DNA of 63,924 nucleotides, the filler included, from Octopus bimaculoides (Eukaryota), in NCBI RefSeq assembly GCF_001194135.2. It is 4 parts of 4 records of this genome, joined end to end, with 100 filler letters (N's around TTAATTAATTAA, not from the genome) between each part and the next. Parts side by side here need not be neighbours in the genome. Positions count along the whole stretch, not along the records: positions 36,590 to 62,767 come from NC_068987.1; positions 62,868 to 63,924 come from NW_026326235.1; 2 more parts are not named here. One strand, given 5' to 3'. Shown in pieces: positions 56,073-63,924 of the stretch (positions within the stretch are counted from its first letter, which is position 1; each line of letters begins with the position of its first letter). Below the pieces are notes generated by a model that ran no database searches, had not been told where the DNA came from, and was given only the letters and a program-made list of their open reading frames with translations. Made by a program: the position numbers and the translations under genes.

Positions 56073-56312
56073 GGGCAGCAAGCTGACAGAATTGTTAGCA
56101 TGCTGGGCAAAATGCTTAGTGATATTTCATCTGCCATTGCATTTTGAGTTCAAATTCTGCCAAGGTCAGCTTTGCTTTTCATTCTTTCGGGGTCAATTAA
56201 ATAAGTACCAGTTACGCACTGAGGTCGATGTAATTGACTTAATCTCTTTGTCTGTCCTTGTTTGCTCCCTCTATGCTTAACCCCCCCCCCCCCGTGGGCA
56301 ATAAAGAAATAA
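56073..56312 (+). mobile_element. SINE family A, strongly CpG-decayed copy
   Basis: Same family; CACGCCGGGCGAAA reads CATGCTGGGCAAAA. Other intronic copies: 42812-43035(-), 52215-52340(-), 52882-53092(-), 55280-55402(+). Confidence 0.85.
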
Positions 56313-56719
56313 ATATGTCACAATTACAGTTTCACTTGACTTGATGGGTCTTCTACTCAAGCACGGCATATTGCCAAATGTCCCAGTCATCGTTGCCCCT
56401 GTGAGTCCCAACACTGGAAAGGTGCATTTTACATGCTGCTGGCATGGGTGCTAGTGAGCTTCTTTCAGTTTCCACCTCACAAATCCACTCACAAGCCCCT
56501 GGTCAACCAGAGGCTATAGTAGGGTGCCTCACAGTGAGACTGAATCCTAGACCTCATGGATGACAAGCAAGCTTATATGCCTATGCCATACCTACTTCTA
56601 TAAATTTTGAATGATAAAACAATTGTGTGTTTTGTGAACTCTTGTATATATTTTGTAATTAAATCTATTTAGAGAAATATTAATTTGTGTTAAGTTTTGC
56701 TCGAATTAGTGCTTAAAAA

Positions 56720-56906
56720 TGTTTATCTTATTAGCATTCAAACTGACCATAATCGGCAAACATTCCACCTGATTTATATCCAAACTGGCCAGATGCAGCC
56801 TCTCACATCAACCTTACAATATCATTCCAAATATTAAGTTACCTCTTCAAACAATGAATAAATAAGCCTTACATTTGACAGAATAATCCGAATGATAAAG
56901 GGTTAA
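56720..56906 (-). mobile_element. piggyBac-like MITE
   Basis: Ends AAAGGG|TTAA. Homologous pieces at 41272-41360 (TTAA|CCCTTTAG), 44470-44623, 45130-45236 and 48060-48189. Confidence 0.65.
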
Positions 56907-57939
56907 AGCAGATATGTTAAAATTAAACTAAAACCAGTTATTCTTTTATGAGTTAAATTCACTTGGGTAATAATAATTATACGATTCTAATTTATAGGAA
57001 ACCTTAATTTCAGAACTCACTGAGGTCATAATATAAAAATTCTTGTAGAGTTTCTTGATTAAAAAAAATTAATGCATGTCACATTGAATTATTTTGTAAC
57101 AAAACATTCCCAAGAAATATATAGGTTATAATCAGTTTGATGTGATAGAATATATGTAGATTATTTTAATATCTTTCCTCTTTGATTTAGAAGTATGACG
57201 GATTAAATTAAATTCCTGTCATACCTTCAATGAAAGATTATTGCAAATATCTGAAGACAGTCTGTTGTTATGGTATTATGTTGTTATCAGAATAATCTGT
57301 TAAAAAATAATTGTTGGTTATATATCATATGCAGTCTCGTTTCTTTCAAAACTTCTCAACTCTATAACCTATTTAAGAAGCTGGAATTCTACCGAATCTA
57401 TATAATAACTATTACGATTCCGCTTAACTGTGGCAGTACCAATAACTAGTTGTTAGAAGTTAATATAGTTATACTTCACATTATTAATTAGTAACGTCGG
57501 ATCTCTTATGCAAACCAGTTAATTTATAGTTAATATTTTATTCTGAGTATATGTGTGTATACATAATCAAAAAAATGAAGTGATTAAGAAGTTTGCTTTG
57601 TGGTCAACAGTTCCTAGGTTTCATGTTACTGTTCAGCATCTTGGCCAAGTGTCATCTACTGTCTTGAGTTAACTGGGAAGAAAGAAACCACAGAATCTTG
57701 TTGGATAGACTATACTTTACACTTTGAAAGGTTAACTGTGTGTCATACTATGTACTAGTTTCCCCTTGAGTAGTTTTGATACCAAAGTATATTATGTTTG
57801 ACAGGGTACCATGTACAGTAATCTAGTAGTCACTATGGAAACTAAGTGTTAAATGGCTTGTATACAAAGATGCAGTAAGTAAAGTGAGTCAATGATTTCA
57901 GTGAGGAATTTACTGTAAGGGCTGGAGCCCATCACTGCC

Positions 57940-58640
57940 CAGTTCTCAGGCCCCTCCTATTCATTATAGTCCTACTGGCCATCGCAGAGAAATTTAAGCT
58001 CTAGTTCTCATAGCTGAATCTATAAGGGAACTAGAGAAGAATTTCCAGACATGGAAGCCAAACCTGTAGTTGAGAGGTCTTGAGGTTAACTTGACAAATA
58101 TGAAAGTTTTAGTAGAAAAGAAGTCAAAACCCTGGTACTCCCAGGTAAATGGCTTTGCTCGATATTCTGAAAAGGAGTAGGTACTCACTCCATATGCTGC
58201 ACTCAAGGTAAACTACTGACACAAGATGTAGCAGAATCACAATGCAGATTATCAAAGAACATAAACTTCATGCGATAGATGCATTGAAACAGTATGCTCC
58301 ATGAATCTGGAAGTTATTAGCAAGAGAGACAGTTGCTCTGAATGTATATAGCAACCAGAGTAAGAACGAATTGGAAAAAAGTTGAAGGAGCTGCTGCTGT
58401 TGCTGGCAACAGAGGTCGTTTGCCATAGAATGAAAAGCAAATTGTATAATACCTGTGTTAGAACCGCAATGCTGCACGGTAGTGAGACATGGGACACAGG
58501 CCTTGAGTGCAGTGGACATGAGAAGACTGAAACGAAAGGAAGCGAACATACTCCATTGGATGTACAGTGTAAGTGTGCATGAACGACATAGTATAAATGT
58601 GCTGAGATAAAAGACTGGACATTGGGGGATCCAGGAAAAC
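57940..58640 (+). mobile_element. Degenerate RTE-clade LINE, RT C-terminal half
   Basis: PLLFIIVLLAI..LVLIAES..VNLTNMKVL..GKWLCSI..KGVG..KSKLYNTCVRTAMLHGSETW..MRRLKR..WMYSVSV, with frameshifts and stops. Confidence 0.8.
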
Positions 58641-59472
58641 ATGGGATGAAGTGGTGAGGCTGACCTCAGGACTCTGAGCATTGCAGAATAAATGATAAAG
58701 AACTGAGATGCCTGGTGAAATAAGACTTTTCTTAAAAACTCGCTCATCGTGGTGAAACTGACTCCCAGAAGCACTGTCATGCCAAGTCACTAAATTACAG
58801 GGATGTAAACAAACCTACACCAGTTGTCAAGTGGTAGCGGATCGCAAACACAGTACAATGTCACACACACATCTGATGGGCTTCCTCACGGTTTCCATCT
58901 GCTGAATTCACTCACAATACACGGATCGACCTGGGGCTCTAGTTGAAGACATTTGAGCACAAAGTACTGCACAGTGAGACCAAACCTGGCACCACATGGC
59001 TGTTAAGCAAGCTTCTTAACCATACGGCTAATAACTGAATTTATGCAATTTTGGAATAGTTCTTATCCACATGTATATGCATGTGTGGGCAGAAACAGAC
59101 ATTCTTTTACTTTTTTTTTTTTCTGAATCTAATACTTCCTGTTAGCTGCAGGAATTCAGTTGCTAGATTTTATATACAGAGATAGATAGAATTTTATATA
59201 TAGAGATAGATAGCTTAATAGATACATACAAGCAGTAATTGACTTTAACCTGCACATGTCTGGCTGCCTATTTCGTTTTCTCCTCTTGCTTCTTTACCCC
59301 CATTTCCAGGCTTCGTTTCAAAGTTGCCTCCCTGCTAAAGTTTTGATAACCTGTTAAAAGACCCAAAACAAAACAAGGAGATTTTTTTTTTTTTTTTTTT
59401 ATTCATTTTTTTTCATTTCATGTCTGGTATATATTTCTGGTTAGATAATTCCTCCTATCATAAATTCCATTT

Positions 59473-59506
<34 letters not shown>

Positions 59507-60634
59507 TGTGTGTGGTTTTTTATTTCTTCGTACCTGCAAATAAATTCCCTACTTTTTTCTTTTTCATTTTTATTATGGAAACTATTTTTATAAAAGTTTG
59601 AAAAAAAAATACTCAACAAACAGCTTGGCTGTGTGAGTAAGAAGCTTGGTTTACAGCCACAAAATTTTTGGGTTCAGTCCTACTGCACAGCATTTTAGGC
59701 AAGTGTCTTCTATAGCTCCAGGTTAATTGATGCCTTGTGAATAAATTTGATATATGGAAACTGTCAGCCTGTCACATTATATATATATATATATATATAA
59801 ATAATCATATATATATATATATATACACACACACACGTGTGTGTGTGTGCATGTTTGTTTGTCCCTTGCTGCTTGATAGTAAGTACAGATTATTTGTAAA
59901 TTATAAGGTTGTGTGTGTGGAAAGAGAAAGAAAGAAAGAAGCATGTCTATGTGGTTAAGAATTTTGCTTCACAAGCATAAGGTTGTAGGTTCAGTCTTAT
60001 TGCATGGCGCCTCTGGTTGCTTTGGGGTAACCAATTCATTACAAGTGGAATTCGTACACAGGAACTGCATGAAAACTGCACATATGCTTGTGTGTGTGTG
60101 TGTGTGTACATTGTTGTTTCATCTCCTGAAATTATCTGAACCAAATAAGGCATTGCTGTGTTTACATTCCAATTGAATATTACATCCTAAAGCTGTGTTT
60201 TTGAAGTAGTGGTGGTGGGGGAGGGGATTTCTTACTTCTAAATGAGTTATAGTTGGCAACAAGAAGAGTGTTTGGCAGTAAAATACTGCCTCAAACAAAG
60301 AACTCTTTTTCACTCAAAAACTGATGTATATAGCCACACCTCCTCAGTGTTACTTCCCACTCCCAGTTAAGGGGTTTTCCTCTTGCAAGGTACTTGGTGA
60401 CCCTATCAGAGCTGGTGCCACAGAAAAAGCACTCAGCACCCAGTATACTCTGTAAAGTGGTTGATGTTAGGAAGAGCATCAGGCTGTAGAAACCATGCTA
60501 AAGCAGACAATGGAAAGTGGTAAGTCTCTCAGCCTTGCCAGCTCCTGTCAGACGACTCAACTCGTGCTAGCATGGAAAACAGACATTAAATGATGATATA
60601 TATATATGTGTGTGTGTCTATCTATCTATCTTAT

Positions 60635-60828
60635 ATATACGGTCATATCACGTTGAAAGCACCGGTTCTTGTCCAATCACCGAAGTTAAGCAACGTCGAG
60701 CCTAGTTAGTACTTAGATGGATGACCGCTTGAGAAACCTAGGTGCTGTAAGCATTTTTAAAATGGCGGTACCCCAGCATGGCCACAGCTCTTGAGCTGAA
60801 ACTAGATAAAATGAAAATAAAATGAAAT
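60635..60828 (+). mobile_element. 5S rRNA-derived retrocopy or SINE3-like chimera (5S head plus SINE-type 3' tail)
   Basis: 60635-60754 follows the metazoan 5S sequence (TACGGTCATATCACGTTGAAAGCACCGGTT...GAAGTTAAGCAACGTCGAG...GGTGCTGTAAGCAT) with many transitions, then T5, then GGCGGTACCCCAGCATGGCCACAG...TGAAACTAGATAAAA, which matches the SINE tail at 44408-44455. Confidence 0.85.
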
Positions 60829-60832
60829 ATAT

Positions 60833-61228
60833 GAAGAAAAAGAAGATGGAGATTGGAAAGTTAATAATAATTTATTATTAACAGCAAATTAATCATCTTC
60901 ACATTCAGCTGTTTCAATTAATACTCAATAAATATTAAGTAAATATTTAATTTATATTTATATGACCTCAGCATAATATCTTCAGAGGGAGAAAAAAAAA
61001 TATACCTTTGGATGTTTTTTATGTATTTATGGATTCATTATAAAACATCCAAGGGTATATTTTGCTCCTTCTGAAGATATGCTCAGGTCATATAAATATA
61101 AATTTAATATTCACTTAATATTTACTGAGTATTAATTGAAACAGCTGAAAGTGAAAATGATTAATTTGCTGTTAATAATAATAATAATAAGTAATTATTA
61201 TCTTCCAGTCTCCATTTTCTTTTTCTTC
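60833..61228. repeat. Foldback of ~400 bp, ~190-bp arms and ~17-nt loop
   Basis: 60833-61022 is the reverse complement of 61040-61228 with scattered mismatches and indels. Confidence 0.92.
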
Positions 61229-61705
61229 TGTGTTTTTATGTATACACCTATTATTTGAAGGAAATTAATTCCCCATAAATACTGAGTATTGAAGCAGTAT
61301 TTCCTTGATTGAAACTATCCCTTCATGAGGTTAACACCACCTCTAATCAAATATCGATATCATTGTTGTTTAACATCTGCCATCCATGCTAGCATGGGTG
61401 GGATATATATTAATGTGTTGGTATATGTTGGACAAAGGAGATACAAATACTCAGTACATGTTATAATGGATTATTTTTATTGAAACTGAAACTGGGAAGT
61501 TGTCTCTTAATTTGAGTTTCCTGCTTCTATAATCTCCAAAGTCTGTGTATGTGCATGCACACACTAGTGTACAATAAACGCTTTGCCAAATTTTAACTCG
61601 TTTAATTTTTGCTAAATAAATAAGACTTAAAATATTTAAGTATAATATGTAGTATTCCGATAATATTTGTATTCTACATAGCTTTTCATTTTCTGATATT
61701 TTCAG

Positions 61706-62118
61706 AGTCTGGTATGACTGAGGTCTGCTACAGTACATTGGCCCTTGATTACATGCAAAAGACAAGACCTTCATCTGCATTATGGATGTACACACCAGCC
61801 TACCATAAATCGCAAGACCTTCTACTTAACCAACATTCAGAACCAGAAGTATCGGCACCGTTTGCAAATAACACTGAAGGCACAGATGAATGTACAGAAA
61901 AGGAGCATTGCACTGCTTCTTCTTGCACACAACACAATAGAGACAGCAATGTTGTAGATTATGGCCACCAGCCTCATCAGTATGCGATGACAAACCCTCC
62001 TAGTTTCCCATCTTCCAACAACACTAACAGCCGCAGTCAATCGTTATGCAGCTGCAACAACCATTTCCCAGACTATGTATTTTTCAATCTTGCACAAAAT
62101 GAGTATTTGGAAAAATAA
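61706..62118 (+). CDS. Terminal coding exon of the TNFR-like gene (cytoplasmic tail)
   Basis: Acceptor ttttctgatattttcAG at 61704-61705 is phase-1 compatible with the 48886 donor (...DTN-E-SGMTEVCY...). Non-repetitive open frame to TAA 62116-62118. Joined CDS is 921 nt, 306 aa. A small intervening exon cannot be excluded. Confidence 0.72.
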
Positions 62119-62333
62119 ATTAATAGAAAAAAAAAAAAAAAAAGAAAGGTTTGTGTGTATTAATCACACATGGTAGACATTGCATATTTACACGTTATCA
62201 GATCCTACGTTCTGCACTGATAGCTAATCAATTCTGTTCGGTTGACTGAATGCAAATCATTTTGGAAATGATTTCACACTGATGAAAAGGACCCGACCGA
62301 TTACGTATGGTATGAAGCGGAGGAGGAAATAAA
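62114..62333 (+). terminator. Candidate polyadenylation signals
   Basis: AATAAA at 62114-62119 (overlaps the stop codon) and at 62328-62333 (followed by T/GT-rich sequence). Confidence 0.35.
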
Positions 62334-62869
62334 ATGATCAATTTGATGATATTTTTTTTCATGTTATGTAGTGGTATTTTACAGTTTATCTATCCACTTA
62401 TAAAGTAAGTTTAATGCAAGTTAAACTCTTCTTGATTTTGTTTTATAAATCATCTGTTTTTTTTTTTTTTCCCCCCAAGTATATTCATGGCATTCGAAAT
62501 ATACAAACATTTTAGAAATTTATCAATGGAAAATAATCTCACTTTTCTATACATTAAGTGGAAACTATTTTTTTTTTTTAAACGATCATTTAAAGATCCA
62601 TGTATTATTGCTGCTGGATATATCAAATGAAAAAATTTCGACATTTCATGTTTTAACTTTACCATAGTTATATCCTAGCTTCATCAACATAAATATTGTA
62701 TATTATTTCATGTCAGAAAGTTTATGCTGACGAGGGCTTTTATTTCAAATTCCCTTGAAGCAGTGCCNNNNNNNNNNNNNNNNNNNNNNNNNNNNNNNNN
62801 NNNNNNNNNNNTTAATTAATTAANNNNNNNNNNNNNNNNNNNNNNNNNNNNNNNNNNNNNNNNNNNNGG

Positions 62870-63205
62870 ACAAATTTGCCTTTCATCATTTTGAGGTGGA
62901 TGAAATAAGTACAAGTCAAGTATTGGGGGCGATGTAATCGACTAGACATCCCACCTTCCCCTCGAATTTCTGGCTTTGTGCCTAATGTAGAAAGAAAGGC
63001 GATGAGCTTGGCAGAATCATTAGCGGCCTGGACAAAATGCTTCGCCCGCATCTATTTCAGCTTTACGTTCTGAGTTCTAATTCGACCGAGGTCGACATTG
63101 CCTTTTATCGTTTCGGGGTCCATAAAAAGTGTTCCATTTGTTTAGTGTCGATGTAATCAACTGGCGCCCTTCTGCAAAGTTTCACGCATTGTCCCTATAC
63201 TAAAA
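62870..63205. mobile_element. Two adjacent family-A SINE pieces in opposite orientation
   Basis: 62870-62995(-) abuts 62998-63205(+); CpGs retained. Confidence 0.75.
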
Positions 63206-63893
63206 AGGATTATTGTTCAGGTTCATATAAGTTCTCATTTTCCAAATGTAACAATCTAAGAAATTCCGAACATGGCCATTGACAACGACCATATTTTTAG
63301 GTACGTGTGTCCTGTTTTTCGAGAGGTTTGTGTATGATATGAGGAAGTTTTAACTGATATTTCTTGTGGAATTTATAGAATAGCTTCCTTGTCTGCACTT
63401 GTGTTGTGAGTGTATATGTATGTGTATGTGCGTGTATGTGTATGTGTGTGTGTCCGTTCGTGTGTTTATGTGTGTGTATGTGTATATATGTGTGTACATA
63501 TTTATTAGTTCTCATTTCTCACAATAAAATATAAAAAATAGAAGCGTCAAGGTAGCAGAATGGTTAGAACGTCATGTGTACCTGTGTGTGAGCGTGTATA
63601 TAGATATGATACAAACATTAACCGGAAGGAGTCACTGATAATAATGAATATAAAATCCTGTAGGATTTTACAGTTCAATGTGACTCCCTAATCGATGCTC
63701 GGAGACAAGACATTGTTGCTTGAAATGAAGAGTAGATTGACAGCCAACAACTGATGAAAGGTCGTTCTGTGTGTTACTTGTCCTGTTTTCCATTTTTTTT
63801 CTCACGTTGTTTAAGTATTTCACTCGTTTTCTTCGTACTTCATGTTGTTTACACAGTTAGTGACGTCCTGTATCTATACATACATACATATAT

Positions 63894-63924
<31 letters not shown>

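Noticed and set aside
60635-60758. Functional 5S rRNA gene
   Set aside because: Solitary, with many transitions including the box C region and stem positions, and fused to a retroposon tail.

Overview
AT-rich, microsatellite-dense and gapped eukaryotic DNA. The SINE/LINE content suggests a coleoid cephalopod, probably Octopus (inference). One protein-coding gene is supported, on the + strand: a single-CRD TNF-receptor-superfamily protein (Wengen/EDAR-like) with signal peptide, transmembrane helix and no recognisable death domain. It is modelled from exons 48379-48886 and 61706-62118, which join in phase 1 to give about 306 aa, with a probable non-coding first exon ending at 40499. The rest is repeats: three tRNA-type SINE families, 5'-truncated RTE LINE ends, an R4/Dong-type LINE sitting in (TAA)n, an L1/Tx1 endonuclease relic, mariner relics, hAT/piggyBac/Merlin-type MITEs and three large foldbacks. 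Best leads: (1) a 5S rRNA head fused to a SINE-type 3' tail; (2) a CpG-decayed, TE-dense domain matching the gene body; (3) a ~400-bp hairpin ~480 bp upstream of the last exon; (4) a Merlin-like MITE made of, and inserted in, telomere-like repeats; (5) a uORF overlapping the start codon and an ITIM-like motif in the TNFR. Nearly all listed ORFs are microsatellite or N-gap artefacts. No CRISPR or prokaryotic system was seen. Repeat boundaries were placed by eye and are approximate; no searches were run.
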